Assembly (NCBI RefSeq): GCF_006345805.1
Contig: NC_043004.1
Coordinates: 63,426,001 to 63,490,000, forward strand
Direction: 5' to 3'
DNA length: 64,000 nt
Source: Octopus sinensis
Taxonomy: Eukaryota
The notes beneath the pieces were generated by a model. That model saw only the letters and a program-made list of their open reading frames with translations, searched no databases and was not told the DNA's origin. Shown one piece after another: positions 51,300 to 63,602 of this stretch (position 1 is its first letter; each line of letters starts with the position of its first letter). Made by a program: the position numbers and the translations under genes.

Positions 51300-53215
51300 T
51301 GAATAATTCTTCCATTTTCAAGCAATGCTGGTTTTTGTTGGTACCCTGCCTTCACACTTGCTCCGGTTTTTTTTCAGCCATGCTGATAGTTGAGTGTTGA
51401 TACTTCCAAGCGTAACAATTACTTATGGTATCACGTCTACTCCCTTCATTACTACAAACTTCGTATTTCACACTTGAAATTGTCATGGTTGTTTACTTTT
51501 TCTTCTTCTTTCAAATTGATTGTGTTGTCAGCGGGGCATGCTATGTCTATCAATATACATGTTCTTTCATTTTTGTTTATCACAACAATGTCTGTTTCCC
51601 GATGTCTCGTCTGGTGATCGCACTGGAGCATTGCATCCTACAGGGTTTTGCAATCCACATTTTCCTGATAGCACGTCTTTGCTTTCTCTAGGCCGTGATT
51701 TCCATAGAGCTCCCAATCAATCATTCTTGCCTCATTGTCGTGATGTCTTTTGCATTGTGCCAATTTCGGGCGTTCGCTAACTATGAGCATTACTGTTTCA
51801 CCATAATTAAATATTGAGATTGATTTTCTCGTGCTACCGCTCTCTTTTTCTCTCTACCTTTGTTCCTCTATGGCCCTGTCTGTTTCTATATCATGTGGCT
51901 TTGCAGTATTGAGAAGGATGTTGAAGACCACACAGAAGCCCTTTCCTTCTAGATATGAATGATAGTTAACCTACGAGAGATCACCAAGCCTTTCTCGTTT
52001 AGCCTGGTGCAAAACTCGCCACCAATTACCACTAAACATGGCGGATATGAAGAGACCAATGCACTGCGTATAGGAAACGTTAGAAAGATTGCTTGATAAA
52101 GGCTAATCTAGCTACATGCACCAACAAAATCAGAAACAACAACGCATACAGTTCAAGTCATATTATTGGTCCTTAACACTTGTTCCTGAGCTGCATGTAT
52201 GAGTGTTACTGTCTCTTTCTTCAGGTCATTCCTCCTCATCCATAGCCACCAGGCCTCTGTATCTGTCTTGGCGTTCTCATCTCTTGCAATCTGACCGTAC
52301 ATTATGTTTTCCTCCCATACTTTTTCTTTTTGTATTTGTTCGTTTCGTGTTTAAATGTTTCTTTCATTACAACATTTTCAATGTTGATGACGCCGGCCCC
52401 CATCTGTGTTTCAACAGTGGTTCCGTTTTCCTCTGCTTCGATACAGTACCTGGCAACTGATCAGACCGCTCCCACTCTTCCTTCTGGACAAGTATAGCCT
52501 ATTGGGGCCACTCTTAGGGTAGAAGGCTCCGTGTACTGTCAACATATTTCTGGTCTTGGTATTTATTTTCTTCATTTCTCTCTTTCCCAGTTCATAATTC
52601 CCGTTCCATACCGAAGTGATGCTATCACCCATGTATTAACTGCTTGAATTTTATTCCATCCTGTCAATTTTGAGCTCAGCACCAACCTCATTCTTCGGAA
52701 ATACTCCACCCTTGTTGCTCTTACATTTCTTTTTCAATTATCTCGTTGACCTTTAGTACGCCAAGGTATTTGTATCCTGCCATTTCGATTTGCATAAGCA
52801 ATACTCTATTCGGTAATTTTATCCCTGTTAAGGACTGTATCCTGCCCCTTTTCAGGTAGATTATTCTGCGCTTCTTGAGTCCGGATTCAATTGTAACATC
52901 AGCACTAAAACAGTGGACCGTGATCACTAAGGAACCCACTTGTGCCTCATCTTTGCCATAAAATTTCAATCATCAATGAAGATGAGGTTGTTGATTGTTT
53001 GGGATTTTTCCTTTAGTTGTTACCCTAGTTTCATTTTCCTGAGTACCAATGTCAGAGGTATCATGTAGAGAACGAAAAGCAACGATGATTGGCTGTTACC
53101 CTGGAAAATCCATCTTCTGATACCCAGGGTTCCCAAGCTTTCTCCATAAGATGCCAGTTCAGTTCCCTATCCCATCATACTTCTCTTCAGGAATTCCGTT
53201 ACATTCCTCGCAATT
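51300..53215 (-). mobile_element. R4/Dong-clade non-LTR element copy A (RT to REL endonuclease, decayed)
   Basis: Seen: IFQGNS.S.LLFVL.MIPL, INNL.F.DD.KFY, YKYLG, KTR.ML..HGA.YPK....RLYL.R..G.GL, then DIVV..KNERTCILIDIACPADNTI..KEEEK. Confidence 0.75.
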
Positions 53216-53302
53216 ACAAACATATGTAAGAACTCAACGATACACGAATATGGAATCATATTATTTATGACAGTCAATCGAGGTCACGCCTAGATTTGTA
53301 CA

Positions 53303-53304
<2 letters not shown>

Positions 53305-53352
<48 letters not shown>
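53305..53352. repeat. (TTA)n microsatellite
   Basis: Seen directly. Confidence 0.95.
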
Positions 53353-53353
<1 letters not shown>

Positions 53354-53939
53354 GTTTACTTTTAATCTGCATGTTTGTTACAGTCACTTGCTGAGACACA
53401 CCCAACATCCTAGGATGAATGCAAGATTATAAATATTAATATTATTAGTATTGCGTGGGAGAACATGCCATCAAAGTGACACTGGTGTAAAATATACGGC
53501 GCCCAGTATACCATTATCACTATCCGTGGTAATCTCATATCAAAATAAACTGTGCATGACCTTGCATGTGGGCCCAGTTAGAATTTTTTCAGGTGGAGTA
53601 GACCATTCCGCTCAAAAGTTCCCCGAATAAGGGTTGTTTAATGATGTAGAACGAAACACCCACGTTTCCAAAGGTGAATTATTCAAACCCCAAATAATTC
53701 CTCTCAACACATGGCTGTGATGGTCCCCCACAACTTCTGCTCGTGGTTAGAGATGCATAATTCGTCAGTGACTAAGGACTTGGGCTATTGGTTAAGTTCA
53801 TACAACTGGCAAGAACATCTGTGGTATAGAGTCGGTTATTAGCTGAAGCCCTTTTACATAAGATACATCAATGTACATAACACTTTCAATCAGTTAAGAT
53901 GAGGAGCCATGAAGGCTCTGGTACTGCCTCTAAGGCACA

Positions 53940-54089
53940 TCTTCTTCTTCTTTCTTCTTCTTCTTCTTCTTCTTCTTCTTCTTCTTCTTCTTCTTCTTCT
54001 TCTTCTTCTTCTTCTTCTTCTTCTTCTTCTTCTTCTTCTTCTTCTTCTTCTTCTTCTTCTTCTTCTTCTTCTTCTTCTTCTTCTTCTCC

Positions 54090-54160
<71 letters not shown>
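53940..54160. repeat. Compound (TTC)n/(TTA)n microsatellite
   Basis: Seen directly. Confidence 0.97.
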
Positions 54161-54164
54161 TGGT

Positions 54165-55600
54165 AGATTGAGGCAAATATCTACTGCATCCCCTGCTACA
54201 CTTTTGTGTTGCTGGTGTGCGTGCAGCTTTGAGTGTGCTTTTTCTGCTGCTGGGAGTGTGCGAATTGTTCCCGGTATTGTATTTTGTTAGTTCTTTTTCC
54301 TTGAGGTGGGTGCTCTCTTTTGTTGTGTTACTGCTTGTATTGTATGTTGATTACATAATAGGTTTTTTCTGATTCGCTGGTGGAAGTTTATTTCATTAAG
54401 TAAATGTTTTATATTGTGTGTCTTGTATTTCTGGGTTGTTTTGTTAAGGTTATATTATTGGATTGATAGTGTCTTGCGTTGGATGTCGGCTGTCCCTAGC
54501 AGGTCTATATTTTGGACAATGTGCAGGTTTGAGGATCCAGGTATAGCTTCTACATTTTTGTTCATATGGATTTTTGTCATGCCCAGTGCCCCACATTTTG
54601 AATACTTCAATTTCGAGGTTTTTGTACTTCGACAATTTCACTACTTCTTTTTTGACAATATTTTGATCAGAAGATGCTACAATGTCTCTCAGGAAGCAGA
54701 TAGCTTTTCCCATTCCTTGAATATTATGTATGGACGAATAGCTTTTCTTCCTTTGTCGGTTGGCACCGACATATCCCAAATGATTGTGGCCTGATGGTTG
54801 TCTTGTATCTTGTTTGGCTCATGCCTATATCCCCTGTTGTCAGTATTTATGTTGTAATGTTGGCATATTGTTCAGTGGATATACCTGTTTACTTTGTCGT
54901 GTCTGTATACATATTCAGACTTGGCAAGGACTGGGTAGCCCGAGATGATGTGGTCAACTGTCTATCTGTGTCGGTTACATATTCTACATTTGGTGATGAG
55001 GCCTGTTTCCATTATTTTTTTTTATAATTGCTTCTAGTCAGACATTGGCCTTGTGCAGCGATAAGCAGTCCTTCCGTTCCGGGTTTTAATCCAGAGCTTT
55101 TGAACCATTGTTGGTTTTTATTTAGGCGCATTTCCTCTCAGTCAAGCCTTGCAGAGTACTGGACATGAAGCAAATTTCCTCTCCATTTCTTCTTCTCTAT
55201 CTTTTGGAATTCAATTTTTATGTTGCTTTTTGTCTTTCTGACCATTTCTGCTATGCTGTCATCTGAGGTCACTGTGTCAGTGTAGTTTGCTCCTGTTTTG
55301 TGTTTTGTCGTCTCCTTGCGTATAGAGAAAGCCGTTGTTTTTCTCCTCTTGATTTACTATTTGTAGTAGTCTTCCCCATCTCTTTACTTCTAAATACATT
55401 GCTAGTGAAACTTTTCTTATTTCATAGTAGTTTTTTATCTGTTTTAGGCCAGGGCTTTCTTCTAGACGGGATAGATATATTGTACCTGCTTCTGCGTTGG
55501 AGTGGTGACTTCGGTACGCTGTTAGTATTTGGGTAGGGGGTTCTATGTCGGTTTCCCAAATCTCTTATATTCCAGTTTATTAAGCGTGTTTATCCCTATT
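54165..55600 (-). mobile_element. R4/Dong-clade element copy B (CCHC + REL domain and 3' end)
   Basis: Seen: LKPGTEGLLIAAQ.QCL, CRIC....TVDHIISG.PVLAK.EY..RHD, D.NIVKKEV.KLSKYKNLEIEV.KMW. Ends at the (TAA)n run. Confidence 0.8.
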
Positions 55601-56269
55601 ATCTTGTTTTTAGCATTAAGTTCATTTAAATGGCAAAGAAACAAGAAGAAGAGAGCGACTGTTATTGTTAAAAATTAGAGACCGCCCCTTGTTCATTAAA
55701 ACGAATATGAAACTACATTCCGTGTGCCATTTACAAGTTGAAGATATAAAATGAAATGAAATTCATAGCTAGAAAACGCTGAAAAATTCAAAATGAGCAA
55801 TTGTCTTGGCTGTGCCGTATGTACAATGGAGTGGCTCATGCTATTGCCCATATAACGAATGCCCTACACTTGCTCAAAACATCTCCAAGTTGTTGCGACA
55901 CGACCAGGTAGTGAAAGAAATGCGACGGAAACTGTGCGAAAAATGGGGTCTAGAGAGAGGCAATACGTAGTATGAGAACAAACCGTAGAAAGCAATGTGA
56001 TCGGAGACGAGAAAAACACATTTTGCATTTGTGAGTTCCTGATAAATTTGCATACATATATATATTTTTCTATAGGTTCGAGAAATTCTTGTTTAGCAGC
56101 GTCACTTTTCAGAATCTGTGCAGCAACGGGCAGCTATATCAACTTGATTGTAAAAGTAAAAGGACACCATTCTCAAGCATTTAGCATTGACTGTTCGTAC
56201 GTGCTGTCTCTCGGGTAATTGCTACGGGTGCTGCTAGACGCTTCGCGAGGCATCCACTTGAACAAGGAC

Positions 56270-56735
56270 TCGGATGATTCATATCAGCTTCTGTGGACAA
56301 CATCTCCGCAATAATGTCGTGTGTCTATCAAATTGAGTTAATCGGCACTAACCTAATGGAGTACGAAACAATGAGAGGAGCAAAGATTAAACAAGAGGAA
56401 TCGGTGGACCTCCAGTTGGCACTTGATGAGGCAGGTGTATGCAGGCTGAAAGTGCCATGGGTTACTGGACTGAATAATATATTAAGTTGCTGGGGGTCTT
56501 GTTTGGACAGGAACTCCAGGAATATAAGTATCGTAAGTGAGACGTGAAGAGAAACGTGGCCAGTCATGCGAAAAGTAACTGTTCATGAAATGTGGTTAAT
56601 GCCTATATCACATCCTTCATCTTCCACCGTGTGATCGGCATCCCTTGCTTTACTTCGTTGTTGACCAAGCTGGATCGCTAACTCTTCTGCTTTCTATGGA
56701 AGGGATGGATGCCGGTTATCAGACTGGCCATTGGC
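56270..56735 (+). mobile_element. Tx1-family RT relic
   Basis: Seen: SASVDNISAI..IELIG..L..YE...GAKI..E.SV.L.L and VNAYITS...LTKLDR.LF.FLWKG are collinear with 7170-7640. Confidence 0.75.
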
Positions 56736-57669
56736 TACTGAGATTCTGTGACCGTTAGTTTCCATTAAGGTTCAAGAACGGTAGATACCTCCTGTCAAGG
56801 AGTGTATACTGCAGTTTTTATAGTGTTATGTCGCGTGTGTTTGTATCGTATAGCGTTGTACCAATAACTTTGCTTTGATTAGAACAGACATTCGCTATCA
56901 GAGACAATAGTTAATTTATATTCAATGACAATTTTTTCGACAGAGATCTGCAACTGCGATGGTAGCGAGAATAGTCCCCACCACCACCACCATTTCCGAA
57001 TCAAGTAATGGCTGATTACTTGAATGCAAAATACACTAGAGAAATGGAAACTCTTTCTCCATATACTTATAAGAAATTTCGAAAATACACCTCTAAGTTT
57101 GCTTCGTTTTGTGGAATGAATGCATATAGGAACTATAAAGAAAAAGGAATATCTTCTCAATGGAGTTGATGAGTAAATTCAACTCACCACAGAATATAAA
57201 ATGAGCAAGAATGTCAACAACTAAATAAGGGCGGAGAAAGCAGGACTCCAATCCTACGTACTCCTAACAATATATTCCCTTCAATTCATACTATCCTGGA
57301 TATACCAGGATGATTGATTCTCGTAAACTAGCCTAAATAATGTGTACAAATTATTGGATACATAACCCGTGACATAAGATTCCAAGAACTATTTGTTACT
57401 CTTCTTGACTGGAAGTACCCACCATTCTTAATTGATAAAGGAAATAAACAAATTTATAAAAGTGATAAGTATTACAGGTTGTGTTAACAGTTTTACCGAA
57501 AGAGCCATAAAAAAAAAACAGCCAACGTCTTGCAACGAATTTATGAAAATTAATTTTAGTCTCAAATAACCGAAACTTCAAAACGGTGTCCATATTCACC
57601 ATTTCTTTTATATTTTATTCACTTTCATGCTTTGAGAATAACTAATTCTATTTAATCGTATATTTTAAG

Positions 57670-57728
57670 GAACCAGGTCTCAGACATGGATATACAAGCT
57701 GTCTATTATGTGGTAGATAATTCAATTC
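57670..57728 (+). CDS. M13 exon: NQVSDMDIQAVYYVVDNSI (VNAFY-equivalent)
   Basis: Seen: ttttaAG / GTAAGT splice sites, phase 2 to 1. Length and the N.I terminus match the WISGAAVVNAFYSSGRNQI exon. Confidence 0.85.
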
Positions 57729-57984
57729 GTAAGTTAATGAATATTTTATTAAATTTTAAACAAATTATAAAGCTTTTATTCACTATAATTTATATGATTA
57801 GCAATGTTTGTTTTTATACATTCTGCAAATAGAACGAACCTTGTAATTTTAGGTGCACATATACTCTCAAAGGAACATGAAATGTTTTCATAGTCTAACA
57901 TTTCCAACAACTAAAAAGCTCATTTTTCATAGAACGTATTGTCTTCGCACTCCTGCGTAAGAACTAAAGGCCAGAAGAGTAGCA

Positions 57985-58150
57985 ACTATATTGCATTAAT
58001 TCTTGGATCTATGTTCAAATTCCACCTAGGATTCACTTTGTCTTTCATCCTTTCGGGGTCGATAACATAAGTGCTACTTAAACATTGTGGTCGATATAAT
58101 AGAATTAGCCCTTTCTTTAAATTCGAGGCCTTCTGCTAAACTGAAATCAA
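57985..58150 (+). mobile_element. SINE family B, decayed
   Basis: Seen: GTTCAAATTCCACC...CTTTCATCCTTTCGGGGTCGATAA. Confidence 0.7.
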
Positions 58151-59034
58151 TGTAGGAAGCATGCATGTTTTATTTCAATAGCTGCCAATTGTCTTTCATT
58201 TTGCTATAAAGAAATGAGAGGCGTTACTTTTCAAGATTGATTAGTTGCTTCGTAAAGCCGAGATCAGCAAGTTGGGACTTTACCAACAATTCACCTGTAA
58301 GAGAGATTGCAAGGGAAATAACTGAGTAGAAAGGTGTTGCTCTAAGAAATCATAACTAGGAGGACTCAGATCATTGATTTCACAGTAATGGAGACCCCAA
58401 TATGCGACGGAGAGTATGTACAATATCCCTTCATACTCATATGAACAATGTTCAAATAAAAGATTCGACTACATATGCCTTTGGGTATAATAGAAAAACA
58501 CCTTTGGAAAGCCGGATATATAACGTAATCCAAACTTTTGTACTAGAGGTAATTTCAGCTATGTGAAAAATAACCGTAATCTAAGCACAGCCCATATATA
58601 ATGATTATACAGATGACGATAATTGATTGAGTGCGTGAGTGAATGTGTGATCGAGTGACCGATTGACTGACAGATTTATTTGTTGATTGATTGATAGTTT
58701 TATTGATCGAGTGCTTTCTTTGACGGACATCTTCAATAGTTGAAATAGTTACACATTAAATTAGCAAATATAGCCTATGAAATTGAATATGTGACTTGAG
58801 GTGACAGCTGAATTACATGTAAAATCCATGTGATAGGCATCTCGAAAGAGCTTTAAATCAAATTTCGTTAAGAAGGTTTTACAATTCATACGAAAGCATC
58901 GGAAGGACCAGGCATACAAAAATCAATGGAAAATAAAACATAAACGCTCACTTACAAACACACACGCAATATAGTATTGTACAATGGTTTATCATTTTCT
59001 ACCTATTACATTTTGAAGATATTCTTTTCTACTC

Positions 59035-59232
59035 TAGGCCCGAAATTTTTGGGGAGAGGGCAAGTCGATTAGATCGAACCCAGTACACTCCTGGTACCTA
59101 ACTTATCGCCCCCGAAAGGGATGAGAGGCAAAGTCGACCTTGGCGGAATTTGAACGCAGAACATAAAGGCAGATGAAATGCCGCTAAGCATTTCAGCCGG
59201 TGTGCTAAAGTTTCTTCCAGCTCGCCGCCTTA
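59035..59232 (-). mobile_element. SINE family B
   Basis: Seen: reverse match to the family B head and body. Confidence 0.85.
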
Positions 59233-59274
59233 ACATTTTCAAGATATTAATTTGATACATTTGAACTTCTGCAG

Positions 59275-59326
59275 ATATCCCCATCGCTATGCTGCAGCCA
59301 CCAGTATTCTATAAAGGAGCGCCTAT
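59275..59326 (+). CDS. M13 exon: (H)IPIAMLQPPVFYKGAP
   Basis: Seen: P..(I/M)LQPP.F motif, ttctgcAG / GTGAGT splice sites. Phase 1 to 2. Confidence 0.9.
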
Positions 59327-59779
59327 GTGAGTATCATATTCATTTCTCTCTTATCATCGCCATTATGCATCTGTTGGAAATGCTCATCAACATGAGCAAC
59401 GGCAGCAATAGTATGATTACATTTATGGATATTATTTCATTTCTTGTATATAATTCTTACTCAAAATCTGCTATCACACATATCATTGGTACTTCTGTAC
59501 GTACATTTCTTATATTCGTTCATTTTCACATATCTTCATTTATATTCTATCTCCCAGTCACAGTTATGAAATTATAAAATTCTAACTCCAGACTCAGTCT
59601 TCCTGCAAAGTAATATTTATAGGAAAGAATCAGCACACAAAAAAATTTCAGGAAAATAAAATAAAACATATCAACACTCAAACGCTATGGAACTGAACGT
59701 GGAACCAATTGGATGGACAACAAACTCCGTATTACAAATCTGAACATCTGCGCCACCTATGCATTTATATATAAATGTA

Positions 59780-60346
59780 CACTACCGTCAGAAATTAATT
59801 AGCACCCTTGATTTGCTCACCATGAAGCATGGTGGGGGTGGTCTGATGGTGTGAGGGGCGTTCAGCTACAGTTGTGTTGGGCGGCTCTATGCCGTCGAAG
59901 GCAACATCAACGCAGCAAAGTACGTTGAGATAGTACGGGATACCTCTTTGGTGGCGAGGAGTACGTGCTGGCCAGTCACCTGACCTGAACCCTATTGAGA
60001 ACCTCTGGAGTCGATTGGGTAGGGATTTGAATGTGCAGCAATACAGGAACCGACACGAGCTGTTTGGGGCACTTCTTGCTGCATGAGGAGCCATCCCTGC
60101 ACAGTACCTGCAGGCACTCATAGACAGCATGCCGACCCGCGTAGCAGCTGTCATTGCTGCCAAAGGAGGAGCAACAAGATATTGACTAAATTTCACGATT
60201 AATATCAATTATGTGGTGTGCTGGGATATGTTTTAATAAATGTTTGATTAAAAACGAGTTCGTTTCTGATAATAATTTAATTAAATTAAGAAAATGTAAG
60301 AAAATGTAGAAATTTGAGAAGTGCTAATTAATTTCCGACGCAAGTG
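59780..60346 (+). mobile_element. Internally deleted Tc1 DNA transposon with TIRs and TA target duplication
   Basis: Seen: TA|CACTACCGTCAGAAATTAATTAGCAC ... GTGCTAATTAATTTCCGACGCAAGTG|TA; TMKHGGGGLMV*G, SPDLNPIENLW, SMPTRVAAVIAAKGGATRY. Confidence 0.9.
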
Positions 60347-60450
60347 TATATATATGTATGTGCATGTATGTGCGCGTGTGTGCGCGTGTGTGTATGTATG
60401 TTTGAGTGCATGTGTGCGTGTATATGTAAGTATGTATACATGTTCATATA

Positions 60451-60511
<61 letters not shown>

Positions 60512-60556
60512 CACATACATATATATACATATGTACATATATATACACATGTACAT

Positions 60557-60908
60557 ACGAAGGTTGGTAGTTTATTTATGATGTGTTCAGAATCAGTTCT
60601 GCTGATGATCATTAGACGTAAGTTGAATGTGAAATCACGGTGATACAGAACTAAATTCATTTTTTAAATGTCTTGCTTTGAAAAACTGCATTTGGGTATG
60701 ATTAGTATAATTTTGGTAGTAATGACTTTGTCCCTCCTAGTGTGAGGCATTTATGTGTAATAATGCCCTCTATACAATATAGATATAATTAATTTGTTCA
60801 AAAGAAAAAATTATTTTCGAATTCTTTTCTTTTATGAGGTTTTCACGCTAGCTACCCGATAATTTCTTGTTAAGATCCCTTATTAAGAGATTATCCTTAA
60901 TTGTTAAA

Positions 60909-60912
<4 letters not shown>
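60557..60912 (+). mobile_element. ~355-bp non-coding hammerhead-bearing repeat (second locus)
   Basis: Seen: near-identical to the reverse complement of 45481-45838; flanked by TA/CA microsatellites. Confidence 0.85.
60595..60652 (+). ncRNA. Type I hammerhead ribozyme motif
   Basis: Seen: AGTTCTG CTGATGA t-CATT..AATG-t GAA A TCAC g GTGA T A CAGAACT. Confidence 0.72.
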
Positions 60913-60966
<54 letters not shown>

Positions 60967-61174
60967 ACTAATGTAGGATAAAAAATTTTTGGGGAGAAAA
61001 ATTTTATCAATGGCCAGCATATCAAAAATACATTTAAAGGTTAAATTTATAAATAATTTACAAGATAAGGGCAAAAGAAAAATTCTAATGCCAAATATGC
61101 CGAAAAATTGTCAATAACCATTATAATTTATGCGTCTCGAAATAAACCGACAGAAATTTCTAAAAAATCCGTTA

Positions 61175-61233
61175 TTACCGTATTGGTCCAATTTCGGGGT
61201 TAATTAAAATAATTTTCCCCTCATCAGAGATAA
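61175..61233 (-). ncRNA. Type I hammerhead motif, inverted copy with weakened helix I
   Basis: Seen on the minus strand: TTATCT CTGATGA GGGG..CCCC GAA A TTGG a CCAA T A CGGTAA. Confidence 0.72.
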
Positions 61234-61634
61234 ATACGTGGGATATAAGTGAAATACTTACTCATACCCATAAATTATAATGGTTATTGACAATTTTTGT
61301 CTTTTTTTCGGCATATTTGGCATTAGAAGTTTTCTTCGGCCCTTATCTTGTAAGTTATTTATAAATTTAACCTTTAAAGGTGTTTTTTGATATGCTGGCC
61401 ATTGATAAATTTTTTTTCCCGAAATAATTTTTATCCTACATTAGTTATGAATTGAATAGTGTTCACTTCCGGATTCTCTCACTCTGTGAAAGTTTCTAGT
61501 TCGAATCATACGTGTCTCGAGATGTGCCGGAGTTTTTCTATTTTAGATATATTTGGTGTACTTAGGTTTGCTCGGGACTTTGTGCTTGCTTTTTCCATGG
61601 GTATGAGTAAGTATTTCACTTATATCCCACGTAT

Positions 61635-61693
61635 TTATCGCTGATGAGGGGAAAATTCTTTGAATTAACCCCGAAATTGGACCAATACGATAA
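61635..61693 (+). ncRNA. Canonical type I hammerhead ribozyme motif
   Basis: Seen: TTATCG CTGATGA GGGG aaaattctttgaattaa CCCC GAA A TTGG a CCAA T A CGATAA. All core residues are present, helix II closes with G-C, and the predicted cut is after A61687. Confidence 0.85.
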
Positions 61694-61746
61694 TAATGGA
61701 TTTTTTAGAAATTTCTGTCGGTTTGTTTCGAGACGCATAAATTATA

Positions 61747-61876
<130 letters not shown>

Positions 61877-63602
61877 ATAATTCAAATAGCGATTATTTTC
61901 GCATCTTGAACGGATGGTATTAACCAAGGAAATTCAGGTTTAAAACCTAATATTTTGGTTTGGCGGTGTGTTGATATCTATAAAATAATACATTTATAAT
62001 CATGCAAATGAAAGATGGGAAAATGGAGATATTGAAGTTAAGAGTTATTCATTATCCCTTATAGCAGTTTCAATTAAGCTTAGTAGAATTAAATAAATAT
62101 TAAAATCATATTTCTGACCTTATTCTCTTCAGAAGGAAGAAAAATAGATGTTTTGTCTGTTAGTTTATGTAATCATCAACGAAGACTGAATAATACTGTT
62201 TATGATTAGCAATGGTATATGTCTAGGGCGTTGGGTTAACGGATTTGTTGTTGGTAAGAGATAAAATGCAAATAAAATTTGGGCAATGAAAAGTAGATAG
62301 AGATTAAATAGCAAATTACAATGTAAATAAAAGGGTATATACAAAATTGAAGAATCTTATCGCAATTTCACCAAGCAACTTTGTTGATACACGGCAATAA
62401 CCTAGAAACTAGTCCACAGATATTGTTTCTTTTTTTCTTTTGCTGGATTTGTGTACTGGACGCCCTGTTCGAAACTATAAGAACGTAGATATTGTGTCAT
62501 ATAACCTGCTGGAAACGATGTTTTCTGAGGCTATCTAGAAATAATAATGTGTGAATACATATATATATAGATATCAATATTCACGCTAACATATACGTTT
62601 CCTATACAACTACGTCCACACACTCTCACACACGTAAATGCGCATGTTCACATGTACATCCATATACATAAAAATGCGCGTAAATTATACATACATACAT
62701 ATATATATATACGCACACATACACTTATATACGTATATACATATACACATACACACGTATATATGTGTATACACATATAGATAAACACATATACGCATAA
62801 ATATATACACAAGCGCACACTTAGATATGCTTACACTATTAATAATTTATCACCTATAATAAAAATGCCATATAGATCCTTTAGATCAGTTAATTCGATT
62901 GGTTAGTGGAATTTTGAATATGTTTCAAACCAGATGGCTTTTCGAATGAAGTTGAATAGCTCTAACGGTTTATTGAGATTTTTCTCGTTTGTATAATAGG
63001 TTCATATTTTGTTAACAATTTTAAACTAGTGTAATGTAAGAGGGGAGAGAATAGTGCAAATTTTTATTCGTATGAATTTGTTTAAAAATTTATATGTAGA
63101 TATATATGGGAATATAAATACAAGCATATGAGAGCTCACTCATATAAACAATTGGTCGTAAATGTTAGTTTAAGTGAATAATGAAACAGATAATTAGTAA
63201 TTTATTAATTAGAATGGTATATATTCACAAATATTTTTGCTCATACGTACATAATTAGTTAAATGGTAACGTATTGATTAGAATGGTATATATTTATGTA
63301 CGTACTATATATAGGTGTAATGCATTCAATGAGGATAGAACTTAGTCAACAAAGATTCTTCAAGTTTTTCAGAAAGAATCGTCTTTCCATAAATGTTGAG
63401 AGGGATAATAATTCAAATAATGTTTTTCATATTATCTTTAATTTATCAACTGGATAACATGAACCCTACACAAAATCTAATTCGAATCTAAGCTATATCA
63501 ACTTCCAAATTAATCATCCCAGATCAGTTTAAATGCGTTAGTCTCTAATTCTAGTAAAAGGGTAACATATATATCTTCCAATGAATACATATTTAATAAA
63601 CA

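Noticed and set aside
53450-53790. Moderately GC-rich segment that looks like an interspersed repeat
   Set aside because: It occurs once in this window and has no diagnostic motif, so I cannot support a call.
61547-61606. Apparent HExxH-position exon (FGVLRFARDFVLAFSMG) with AG/GT signals
   Set aside because: It lies inside the 467-nt repeat unit. The phase-compatible reading from 61547 hits a stop, and the alternative acceptor omits the NYGxIG segment.
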